64,000 nt of DNA. Source: Balneola sp. GTDB taxonomy: Bacteria; Bacteroidota; Rhodothermia; Balneolales; Balneolaceae. The stretch is from contig NZMW01000012.1 in assembly GCA_002694685.1 (NCBI GenBank), positions 98,556 to 162,555 of the forward strand, given 5' to 3'. The notes under the pieces are model-generated. The model saw only the letters and a program-made list of their open reading frames with translations. It was not told the origin of the DNA and searched no databases. Shown here piece after piece: positions 27,481 to 36,694 of this stretch. The number at the start of each line of letters is the position of its first letter. Within the stretch, counting starts at the first letter, position 1. Made by a program: the position numbers and the translations under genes.

Positions 27481-29019
27481 GTGGATTATCATCAAAATGT
27501 CGATCAAAATTCAGTCAGAAAAGTTAAGAATGCCATAGACCAGCTGGAAGGTTTTAGCTTATATGAATCTTCAGTTCATAAAGATGGAAATGACTTCCTG
27601 GCTTTAGTGAGGAAGGGGATAGAAAAGTATTTATTGGTAGTATCAGAGGAAAAAGGCTTTTCAGAATCAGGGTTTCAAGGAGAAGAAGTGAAGGCAGGTT
27701 CGTTTTATGTGTTGAAGTGTGAGCTATCACCTGAAAATGCTGTTGTTCTCCGTTCTAAATTTAATTTTACAAATGCTCAGTTAATTGGAAAGAAAAACTC
27801 ATATGGATTTGGCGATCGACTTGGTAACGCAGGTCCGGCGCACCTGAAAGCTGTTAAAGGAACCGGCTTCATGCCAGTGATGGCGCAGCAATCCATTCGG
27901 GAGCTCGAGCGTACTAAAAGAACTGCACAGGAAGTAATGGATGCGGCATCATGGGCGGTATTCCAAGAGGGTTTCCATGAAGGATTTGGAGCAGATGCCG
28001 ATCACCTGAAAACAACTAAAGATATTGACCGGATGGTAGAAGCCGGTTTCACCATGTTTACCATCGATCCTAGTGATTTTGTGGTAAATGAAGTGAAGAC
28101 TATGGATGAGAATGAGCTGAAATCCATGTACAAAAAATTACCATGGAATGACTTAAAGGATGAACCTAAGGCTTTCCTTAATCGCCTCACTGATACTAAG
28201 GTCGAATTAGAAACAGGCTTGCAAATTTCTGCTTCAGAGACAGAGATTCTAAAGGCAATGGTGAAATATGGCAGAGTTATTACTCACACCAGGATGATGG
28301 CCGAATATATAGCTGAAACCTATCCGGATCATCCCGTGGAACTTGAACTTTCGGTAGATGAAACTGATGCTCCAACTACACTTTTCGAGCATTATTTAGT
28401 GGCCTCTGAACTAGATCGGTTGGGTGTTGAACTGGTGAGTTTGGCCCCCAGATTCTGCGGGGATTTTGAAAAGGGCATCGACTTTAAAGGCAACATAGAG
28501 CAATTCAAAGATGAGTATGTAGAACACCTTGCCATCGCCGAGCAATTTGGCGGATATAAGTTAAGCGTTCATTCTGGTAGCGATAAGTTTACCGTTTATG
28601 AGGCTATTGGGGCACTCGATATGGGAGCAGTTCACGTTAAAACAGCGGGGACCAGTTATTTGGAAGCATTACGAACCATAGCCGAAAGTGAACCCCATTT
28701 ATTCAGGGAAATCATGGCATTTTCTTTAAAGAGATTTGATGAAGATAAAAAGACGTATCACATATCAGCTGAACCTGCGAAAATTAAAGATCCCTTTGAG
28801 GCAAATGAAGAGGAGTTGACAGGGTATTTGGACGATAATCACGCACGGCAGGTTTTACATGTCGCGTATGGCTCTATTCTCTCAGAGGATTTTGTGGAAG
28901 CTCAAGACTACAAAAAACGGCTAATTACAGCCTTGGAGAAGAACGAAGAATTGCACTATGCAAACCTTAAAGCACACTTTGATAAACACTTACGTCCGTT
29001 TGAGAAAGTTGAGAATTAG
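27481..29019 (+). CDS. uxaE: Tagaturonate/fructuronate epimerase (UxaE family)
   Basis: GFGDRLG, MAQQSIRELERT, FGADADHLKT, ELELSVDE, LAPRFCGDFEKGID, SVHSGSDKF, HVKTAGTSYLEALR. Confidence 0.9.
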   Translation: MDYHQNVDQNSVRKVKNAIDQLEGFSLYESSVHKDGNDFLALVRKGIEKYLLVVSEEKGFSESGFQGEEVKAGSFYVLKCELSPENAVVLRSKFNFTNAQLIGKKNSYGFGDRLGNAGPAHLKAVKGTGFMPVMAQQSIRELERTKRTAQEVMDAASWAVFQEGFHEGFGADADHLKTTKDIDRMVEAGFTMFTIDPSDFVVNEVKTMDENELKSMYKKLPWNDLKDEPKAFLNRLTDTKVELETGLQISASETEILKAMVKYGRVITHTRMMAEYIAETYPDHPVELELSVDETDAPTTLFEHYLVASELDRLGVELVSLAPRFCGDFEKGIDFKGNIEQFKDEYVEHLAIAEQFGGYKLSVHSGSDKFTVYEAIGALDMGAVHVKTAGTSYLEALRTIAESEPHLFREIMAFSLKRFDEDKKTYHISAEPAKIKDPFEANEEELTGYLDDNHARQVLHVAYGSILSEDFVEAQDYKKRLITALEKNEELHYANLKAHFDKHLRPFEKVEN

Positions 29020-29094
29020 CAGCTGTATTTTTTTCAATCATTATCAATTTAGAGTTGATTATTCAGAGAATATCTCGTTATTTGATAGGCAGTT

Positions 29095-29104
29095 TAACCG
29101 GTTA
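29095..29104. promoter_or_regulatory. Motif A operator upstream of TBDR1 (perfect TAACCGGTTA)
   Basis: TTTAACCGGTTAAGTAA, about 165 nt upstream of the start. Confidence 0.8.
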
Positions 29105-29269
29105 AGTAAGAAGCAGTTTTATATAGAAAACTGAGCTTAGCTTTAGAGACAAAAAGGCGGAATACTTGAAGCAGCTTATAACTGATATTTATTAGGAGAG
29201 AATAGCGGGATAAACTGGAAGCGCTTTGACGATTTTAGCCGATAAGTTTATAAAAAGAAATTGGATGTC

Positions 29270-31897
29270 ATGATCAATAAATGGGAAGAATTTTTATCTG
29301 GAAGTTGTACACTAGCTTTTACGAAAAGCCGTGTTGATTCAGTGCCGGCTTTGAATGGAGTGTCTTTTCTATTGATAGCTTTACTTACGTTTATTCCAGG
29401 AATAGTCAATGCTCAGGAAGCCACTGATGCTGACAGTGTTGAAGTGCAGCTCGAAGCCCCAATCTCATATTCCGAGAACGCAGATTTTTCCAGTAGCCTT
29501 AATTTTTCAGAATTTGCCGCTTTTGGAGATATCTCTTTAGAAGAAGCACTAATCCGAATTCCCGGAGTTCAGGCTTCAAGAGATGGAGAAATTAATTTCA
29601 GGGGAGTAGGTTATAACTCATATGGAGTCGCTTTTAATGGGTTACGCCTTGCAAACACAGGTTTAGGTACACGGAATATTGATCCCGGAAATATTTCAAT
29701 GGACGTTATTCAAAGTGTAGAAGTGACTAAAGTGTTAGATCCTTCAATGAGTGCAGATGCTTTTGCAGGATTAATTAATCTCAACACAAATCGTGTTATT
29801 CCCGCTGGGAAAAAGCGCACGCTTAGCGCTTTAGTTGGAGGAGAAGCGAATACTAAGTACAACAGCAGAACCGGTCCGGGTAGCAGGGCATGGATACATT
29901 ATGCAGAAAGTTTTTCGGATGAAATCGCTGTTTCGGTAAGTCTTGGTTACCATCAGGCTATAAGATCTGTTGAAGAGTTACAAATCGACTTCGGTACGGA
30001 AAATTTTGGTAATGGAGCGGTAGATGTATTTGACCGTGTATCTCCGTCAGTTAATATTACAGAAAATGGAAGGTTCACTTCTTCTGCAGATGTGTATTTC
30101 ACTCCCGATGAAGTGAATTCCTACTTTTTTAAAGGATATTTTAATAGTAATGATCAGGTTTACACCACCCATCAAGACAGCTGGATTACAGGTGGCGACT
30201 GGATTGACCAGTCTACAACCGGGGCTCAGGGAGAATTAGGCTCCTTTTCTCATGAGGCAGGAATGTCAGCATTGAATACTTCACAGTTCGCTTTCCAGGC
30301 GGGGGGAGAACATGAAATGGATTCCTACACGCTGAGTTATAATGCCGGCTGGACTCAGGGCCGAGCAGATAACAGGGATTACCTTTTTCCATTTCAAATT
30401 GATGAGCTTAACTATGCGTTGGATCTAAGCGATGAGAATCGACCCAGATTTGAATTTACTAATCGTGAAGTCCAGATTTTAGATGATGGTACTGTTGACC
30501 GTCAATTTATGATAGGACAAGATTTTGACCGGATTGTTGAAGAACATGTAAATAATGAAATTGCTGTTCGAGCCGATTTAGAGTTTCCAATTTCTTCCGG
30601 CGCGTTAAAAGCAGGTTTGAGTTCACGATGGTCTTCGAAAGAGGGTGAGTACGATGAGAACCGGTTTGAGTATAACCGAACCCTACGAATGATCAGCTTT
30701 AATATGCTTCGTGAGCCAAACAGAAATATTGATGTAATCAATGATGCTTACAATATTCCATGGTTTGTAAATACTGAGAATGCCAGAGCATTTTTTGAAA
30801 GTCAGCGGCCTCTTTTTACCGGTGATGATAACTATGCGGCTTATCAGTCAGAAATACGGAACTACACAACAGATGAACAAATTTATGCTGGTTATGCAAT
30901 GGCCGATATGGAATTTGCTGGTTTGGAAGTCAAAGCTGGTGCACGGGTCGAATATGCTATTACTGACCTTGTTGGTAATTCCGTTTCCTTTAATGAAGAC
31001 GGCGATGTCCAACCTGTTACGGAGCAAAGCGAAAGCGAAAGTGCATTACACCTATTTCCCAATCTGCAAATCAACTATGGGCTTACAGAGCAGAACAACA
31101 TTAAAGCCGCTTATTCTAGAACCATAGATCGCCCCGATTACTTCCCGCAATCCCCGTTTACCCGCATTGATAATCAAGACTCAACTACTTTTAGTGGAGA
31201 TCATACGCTGGAAGCTATTACCTCCGAAAACTTTGACTTAATGTTCGAGCAAAGGATTGGAAATAGTGGATTCATCACGGTAGGAGGTTTCTATAAATTA
31301 ATAAACAACTTTATTGAACAGCGGGAAGTTGTGGGTCAGCCAAACACACAGTACGATGGCTATCAGCGCGTTCTTTATGTGAATAGTGATGAAACCGGAA
31401 CAGTGTACGGAGTAGAGCTTTCGGTTGATCAACGGCTGAACTTTCTATCAGGCTTCCTACGTAATATGGGAGTGTATGCAAACTACACATGGTCTCAATC
31501 CAGCTACAGGTCAGTAGCAAGTCGTGATAAACAAGCATTTACAGGGCATAGTCCTCATGTGCTGAATGGTGCCTTGAATTATACATTAGATCGATTCAAA
31601 GCACAGGTATCCTATCATTGGAGTTCAGAGGCACTTACAAGGGTTGCATCCGGACAACAATTGGCTCCAGAGATTGCTCAGAGCAACGTTTACTTAGATC
31701 AATATGAAGACGGCTATGAAGAGCTTTCCTTAACAGCGAGTTATAAATTGTCTTCTCGATTCAGTGTATGGACAAATATGAACCATCTGATGAGCTCGCC
31801 GGAGATTGAGTACCTCAGAAACAGGAGTGCTTATCCAACAAGCACATACATTCGCAGCGGTTTTGATTTAAGGGTGGGGGTAAGGTTTGATATATAA
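29270..31897 (+). CDS. TonB-dependent receptor 1 (non-SusC type, no N-terminal carboxypeptidase-regulatory-like domain)
   Basis: Plug signature RIPGV...FRG...NG.R...IQSVEVTKVLDPSMSADAFAGLINL; alternating beta-strands; C-terminal strand RVGVRFDI. The start is uncertain (TTG 29261 or ATG 29270). Confidence 0.88.
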   Translation: MINKWEEFLSGSCTLAFTKSRVDSVPALNGVSFLLIALLTFIPGIVNAQEATDADSVEVQLEAPISYSENADFSSSLNFSEFAAFGDISLEEALIRIPGVQASRDGEINFRGVGYNSYGVAFNGLRLANTGLGTRNIDPGNISMDVIQSVEVTKVLDPSMSADAFAGLINLNTNRVIPAGKKRTLSALVGGEANTKYNSRTGPGSRAWIHYAESFSDEIAVSVSLGYHQAIRSVEELQIDFGTENFGNGAVDVFDRVSPSVNITENGRFTSSADVYFTPDEVNSYFFKGYFNSNDQVYTTHQDSWITGGDWIDQSTTGAQGELGSFSHEAGMSALNTSQFAFQAGGEHEMDSYTLSYNAGWTQGRADNRDYLFPFQIDELNYALDLSDENRPRFEFTNREVQILDDGTVDRQFMIGQDFDRIVEEHVNNEIAVRADLEFPISSGALKAGLSSRWSSKEGEYDENRFEYNRTLRMISFNMLREPNRNIDVINDAYNIPWFVNTENARAFFESQRPLFTGDDNYAAYQSEIRNYTTDEQIYAGYAMADMEFAGLEVKAGARVEYAITDLVGNSVSFNEDGDVQPVTEQSESESALHLFPNLQINYGLTEQNNIKAAYSRTIDRPDYFPQSPFTRIDNQDSTTFSGDHTLEAITSENFDLMFEQRIGNSGFITVGGFYKLINNFIEQREVVGQPNTQYDGYQRVLYVNSDETGTVYGVELSVDQRLNFLSGFLRNMGVYANYTWSQSSYRSVASRDKQAFTGHSPHVLNGALNYTLDRFKAQVSYHWSSEALTRVASGQQLAPEIAQSNVYLDQYEDGYEELSLTASYKLSSRFSVWTNMNHLMSSPEIEYLRNRSAYPTSTYIRSGFDLRVGVRFDI

Positions 31898-31937
31898 AAT
31901 TAACGACATAGACCCGGCTAAAATCAGAAAGATCAAT

Positions 31938-34502
31938 ATGAAAAATCGTTTTCTAAATACTATGGTTGAAGCAAGAAGCAATTACATCTCAGGCCTATTC
32001 ATGGTTTTGACCATAATTTTTGGGATAACCAGCATGCAATCCGCTACAGCCCAAAATGTAACGAATAGTGAAGACCAAATATTTACGGACTCACTTAGCA
32101 ATGTTGAGGTACAGGATTTTGGCGACTATACTATTGAGAATGCATTTGCTCGCTTTCCGGGTGTTCATGTGAACCGGGATGGGTCAATTAGTTTACGAGG
32201 AACAGGTTACGGGAATTATTACATGCTCATTAACGGTCAGCGGTTGTCTTCTACTGGTCGAAATACACGTGTAGCTAATGCAGGAGCTATTTCTGTTGAC
32301 TTAATTGAAGAAATCCAATGGGTTAAAGTACTTACACCTGATATGGATGCGGACGGGTTGGCAGGAGCTATTCACCTTAAAACATTTTCCCCTTTGAGAG
32401 ACCGAACGGTGATGTCGGGAAGTATTGGTGGAGGATTGAATCCTACATATAGCAAAGAAACCGGAGCCACAGGAAGAAGTTGGTTACGCTATTCAGGGCC
32501 CGTAAGCGATCAGCTGAGTTTATCCATTGGTGCAAATTATCAAAGAGATCAGCGGGCATGGGAATCTCTGGAGATGGGGTATGGAACTACCGATTTAGGT
32601 TCAGGTCCGATTGATGTTATTGACCGGCTTTCTCCAGGCTTTCAAAGTGAGGGCGTAAATCGTTTTGCCGGGAATTTTCAGCTAGGCTATTATCCATCTG
32701 AATCTTCAAACTATTACTTCAATGGTTTTGTAAACCTGAATCAGTTGAAGATGTCTGATCACAAGTATAGTTGGTTAGCCAATGGAGACTGGGCAGATGC
32801 TAATACTACTGGCGGAAGTCAGTCCGATTTTGGCTATGATTTAAATTATGAAGAGCGAAATACTGCTCAATTTACTTTCCAGGCAGGCGGTGAAAACACC
32901 TTTGATTCATTTATTTTTGATTATCAGGTGGGGTTGTCTCAAAGTATTATAGACCGAACAGAGAACCTCTATCCTTTTTTAGAAACCGGTGTTGAATATT
33001 CTATTGATGCCTCTGATCCGTTCCGCCCAACGGCTTCCCCTATGGAAGGTAAACCAGTTCCAGCGGATATGGATCTCGAGGAGATGAACTATATTATTGA
33101 CGACTATCGAGATAAAGAATTAAGCAGTAGGGTAAATGTTGAAATCCCTATTAGTGTGGGTTCTGTGAAAGCTGGTGCGAGTGCACTATTTAAAGAGCAA
33201 GATGCTAATGAAAGAGGTGCATTTAGCGAATATCATTATCAGTTTCAGGGATTCTTAAACCTGGAAGGCTTTGAAGAAGGAAACCTGAATCGTCTAAGCG
33301 TTTTTGATAATACGTACGATCTGGACCGACTGGTTGATCCCGAGCAGGCTAATTCCTTTTTCCAATCAAGTATTCCAAATATGCGATTGGATGACCGGGC
33401 ATATTACCGGGATTCAGAAATCTACAACTACTTTAGTGATGAGAATATTTATGCTGGTTACGCTATGGCGAACCTCGACTTTGATCCAATCACACTTATC
33501 ATAGGTGCGAGGGTTGAACATACCTCATCATCTTATGAGGGAAGGGTTGTAGAGTATAACAGATTCTCTCAGTTTGAAGAGGTAGCTGATACTTCAGCCA
33601 GTAACAGCTTTATGAATGTATTCCCCAATGCCCAGGTTAACTATCAGTTAAGTGAACAGATTAACCTGAAAGCTGCTTACTCTAAAACCATCTCAAGACC
33701 TCAATTGAATTTGTTGGCTCCATTCGAGTTAAGCACACCAGAAGACACTTCTTTATTTGCGGGTAACCCAAACTTAGATCCCGTAATGTCTGACAATATC
33801 GATTTAATGTTTGATTATATGTTTGATAACGGTGGATCCTTTTCAATAGCGGGTTTCTATAAAACCATGTCAGGATTTATTGAATCTGTTGATTCTGAAA
33901 TCCAGATCAATGAAGGAGAGTATCAATATTTTGAACCCCTATTTCAGGACGGCCAAACACAGATTGCTGGCACAAGAACCACCTATCAAAACTCTGATAA
34001 TTCAGCCGATGTATATGGGGTAGAGGTAGCGATACAAAAACAGTTATCCTTTTTACCAGGGCTGCTAAAGAATTTTGGAACCTATGCAAACTATACTTGG
34101 TCTGATTCAAAGTTTGAAAACTCAAGAGGTGACGAAACAGCTATTCCAGGACAAAGTCCGCATGTTGTAAACGCAGCTCTTAATTATCACCAAAATCGGT
34201 TTTTTGCTCAACTTTCCTTTCAATGGTCAGATGAAATGTTAAGCAGCCTTGAAAGTGAAACTCAACTTGCACCAGCTATTGGAGGTGGTCAGGTTTACTT
34301 GGATCGATATCAAGATGGTTTTCAAGAATTATCAGCTACTGCAAAATTTGATGTATCTGATAAAGTTGAAATATGGACAAATATCTACAATCTGTTAAAT
34401 AAAGAACGGGTTGAATACGCTTTCAGTCGGGATAACTACCCAACTAGCATTTACAAGAGAAATGGAATCGAATTTAATGTCGGTGTTCGCGTTAGACTAT
34501 AG
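31938..34502 (+). CDS. TonB-dependent receptor 2 (paralog of TBDR1, short N-terminus)
   Basis: RFPGV...LRG...INGQR...VKVLTPDMDADGLAGAIHL; GNPNLDP, YANYTWSDS; ATG 31938 lies after the TBDR1 stop. Confidence 0.88.
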   Translation: MKNRFLNTMVEARSNYISGLFMVLTIIFGITSMQSATAQNVTNSEDQIFTDSLSNVEVQDFGDYTIENAFARFPGVHVNRDGSISLRGTGYGNYYMLINGQRLSSTGRNTRVANAGAISVDLIEEIQWVKVLTPDMDADGLAGAIHLKTFSPLRDRTVMSGSIGGGLNPTYSKETGATGRSWLRYSGPVSDQLSLSIGANYQRDQRAWESLEMGYGTTDLGSGPIDVIDRLSPGFQSEGVNRFAGNFQLGYYPSESSNYYFNGFVNLNQLKMSDHKYSWLANGDWADANTTGGSQSDFGYDLNYEERNTAQFTFQAGGENTFDSFIFDYQVGLSQSIIDRTENLYPFLETGVEYSIDASDPFRPTASPMEGKPVPADMDLEEMNYIIDDYRDKELSSRVNVEIPISVGSVKAGASALFKEQDANERGAFSEYHYQFQGFLNLEGFEEGNLNRLSVFDNTYDLDRLVDPEQANSFFQSSIPNMRLDDRAYYRDSEIYNYFSDENIYAGYAMANLDFDPITLIIGARVEHTSSSYEGRVVEYNRFSQFEEVADTSASNSFMNVFPNAQVNYQLSEQINLKAAYSKTISRPQLNLLAPFELSTPEDTSLFAGNPNLDPVMSDNIDLMFDYMFDNGGSFSIAGFYKTMSGFIESVDSEIQINEGEYQYFEPLFQDGQTQIAGTRTTYQNSDNSADVYGVEVAIQKQLSFLPGLLKNFGTYANYTWSDSKFENSRGDETAIPGQSPHVVNAALNYHQNRFFAQLSFQWSDEMLSSLESETQLAPAIGGGQVYLDRYQDGFQELSATAKFDVSDKVEIWTNIYNLLNKERVEYAFSRDNYPTSIYKRNGIEFNVGVRVRL

Positions 34503-34545
34503 CAATTAATATATCCCAATTACTCACTCTACTATTTATAAAATT

Positions 34546-36570
34546 ATGAAGTACCAGAATATCAATATTTTTCAGCCTTTGCTTAAGAAGGCCTTTTATG
34601 GGTTTATGACACTGGCCTTGAGCATGTTTTTTATGGCTGATGGTGTCAGCCAGCAGTTGGCCTTTCCAGGAGCCGAAGGGTTTGGGAAATACACTTCTGG
34701 AGGCCGTGGCGGCGAAGTTTATACTGTTACAAATCTCGATGATTCTGGTGAAGGAAGCCTTCGCCGTGGCGTTGAAATGGAAGGAGCTCGTACTATAGTA
34801 TTTGCTCTTTCCGGGACGATTGAACTTCGTACAGATTTGACTATCCGAAATGATTCTATTTCAATTTTTGGGCAAACAGCACCAGGGGATGGAATTGCCA
34901 TAAGTGGCCGTTCAACTGTAATTAGTGCGGATAATGTGATTATTCAGTACGTACGTTTCCGCCCAGGTGATATAGGAACAGGTGATCTTGATGGTTTAGA
35001 TGCATTGTGGGGAAGACAAAACTCCGATATTATTATTGATCATGTGTCGATGAGTTGGTCGATAGATGAGGTAGGTAGTTTCTATGACAACACGAACTTT
35101 ACGCTACAGTGGAGCATACTTAGTGAGAGTATGTACAATTCGGTTCACTCCAAAGACGAGCATGGCTATGGCGGTATTTGGGGCGGAGCAGGTGCAACGT
35201 TTCATCATAATTTGCTAGCTCACCACACGAGCAGAAATCCACGATTTAACGGAGCTAGATATACCACAAGTCCTGAGACAGAAATAGTAGACTACCGCAA
35301 CAACGTAATCTATAATTGGGGCTTCAATAGTGCCTACGGCGGCGAAGATGGTAACCATAATATGGTGGCGAATTATTACAAGGCAGGACCAGCAACAGAT
35401 GATACAGATCGAATTTTAGATGCTGATGCCAATGACGGTTCTGAATGGTATATAGAAGACAATTACGTAGAAGGCTATCCTGATATTACTGCTGATAACT
35501 GGGACGGAGGCGTTCAAAATATTACAGAGTTAGAAGAAGACTTAATCAGAGCTATCGAACCTTTTGAAGCTCCGGCTTTAGAATCATTTGAAACAGCTGA
35601 AGAAGCATATCTTAGTGTACTTGAATTTGCAGGTGCAACTCTACCGAGAAGAGATACTGTAGATGCACGTATTGTTCATGAAACCAGGACTGGAACGGCT
35701 ACCTATGGCGGCGGTTCCTATGATGGTGGGGGAGATAATGGAATTATTGATAGTCAGGAAGACGTAGGAGGATGGCCTGAATTATTATCTGCATCCGTAC
35801 GGATTGATACGGATGGTGATGGCATTCCCGATGATTGGGAAAATGAAAATGGACTAGATCCAGATGATGCTGAAGACGGTAAATCAATTGCCGGAAATGG
35901 GTATTCTCATCTTGAAAATTATGTTCACAGCATTCAAACTCAGGGCGAATTTACTCCAGCCCCGGGAACACTTGCTCTGGTATCTCCAGTTGGGAAATCC
36001 AGTGTTTCAGTTCAGCCTGAATTTATTTGGGAATCTGCGGTACTAGCTGAAAGCTACGAGTTAGAAATTCGAAACGGAACAAGCAGCTCTGCTGATATCA
36101 TTTATAAAACGACTGTTCCAGATACCATGTATTTATTCCCTGCCGATACACAACTTGCGGGTGAAGAAACCTATTTCTGGAGAGTTAGAGGAAAGAATGG
36201 AACAGGAACAGGGCTGTGGACTGGGTATGAATTTTTCGTGACTGAGATGGTAACATCTACAGAAAACGGAACTGATGAACCTAATGACTTCACTCTATCA
36301 CAAAATTATCCAAACCCGTTCAACCCAACCACCAACATAAGCTATGGTCTGCCTCAAGCAGCAAAAGTTGAAATCAAAGTATATGATATGGCTGGGCGTG
36401 AAGTGGCTGAATTAGTGAATAGAAATCAGTCTGCTGGACGACATACTGTTCAGTTTGATGCTAGTTCATTGGCTTCAGGAGTGTATGTATATAGGTTGAC
36501 CGCCGTTTCAGGTCAGGCAGCAGGAAACATTATGTACACCCTAACTCGAAAAATGGCATTAATTAAATAA
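34546..36570 (+). CDS. T9SS-secreted PL1 pectate lyase + FN3-like domain + CTD
   Basis: AFPGAEGFGKYTSGGRGG, IIDHVSMSWSIDE, HHTSRNPR, DTDGDGIPD; YFWRVRGKN; [10 protein letters not shown]...KMALIK. Confidence 0.92.
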   Translation: MKYQNINIFQPLLKKAFYGFMTLALSMFFMADGVSQQLAFPGAEGFGKYTSGGRGGEVYTVTNLDDSGEGSLRRGVEMEGARTIVFALSGTIELRTDLTIRNDSISIFGQTAPGDGIAISGRSTVISADNVIIQYVRFRPGDIGTGDLDGLDALWGRQNSDIIIDHVSMSWSIDEVGSFYDNTNFTLQWSILSESMYNSVHSKDEHGYGGIWGGAGATFHHNLLAHHTSRNPRFNGARYTTSPETEIVDYRNNVIYNWGFNSAYGGEDGNHNMVANYYKAGPATDDTDRILDADANDGSEWYIEDNYVEGYPDITADNWDGGVQNITELEEDLIRAIEPFEAPALESFETAEEAYLSVLEFAGATLPRRDTVDARIVHETRTGTATYGGGSYDGGGDNGIIDSQEDVGGWPELLSASVRIDTDGDGIPDDWENENGLDPDDAEDGKSIAGNGYSHLENYVHSIQTQGEFTPAPGTLALVSPVGKSSVSVQPEFIWESAVLAESYELEIRNGTSSSADIIYKTTVPDTMYLFPADTQLAGEETYFWRVRGKNGTGTGLWTGYEFFVTEMVTSTENGTDEPNDFTLSQNYPNPFNPTTNISYGLPQAAKVEIKVYDMAGREVAELVNRNQSAGRHTVQFDASSLASGVYVYRLTAVSGQAAGNIMYTLTRKMALIK

Positions 36571-36670
36571 GAATGCCCCTTCAAAGTATTTAAAAGACTG
36601 TTTTCAAGGTCTTTTAGATGAAATAATTTTGATTCTTAAGACAGAAAATTGTTAATTATAGTAACAAATT

Positions 36671-36680
36671 TAACCGGTTA
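36671..36680. promoter_or_regulatory. Motif A operator upstream of TBDR3 (perfect TAACCGGTTA)
   Basis: TTTAACCGGTTAAGTT, preceded by a TAAAAGAC/GTCTTTTA hairpin at 36591-36616. Confidence 0.8.
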
Positions 36681-36694
36681 AGTTGTTGGATTAT

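Noticed and set aside
29236-29245. Weak motif A-like TAGCCGATAA just upstream of TBDR1
   Set aside because: It has a mismatch in the conserved TAA arm and lacks the conserved flanks; the perfect site at 29095 already explains regulation.
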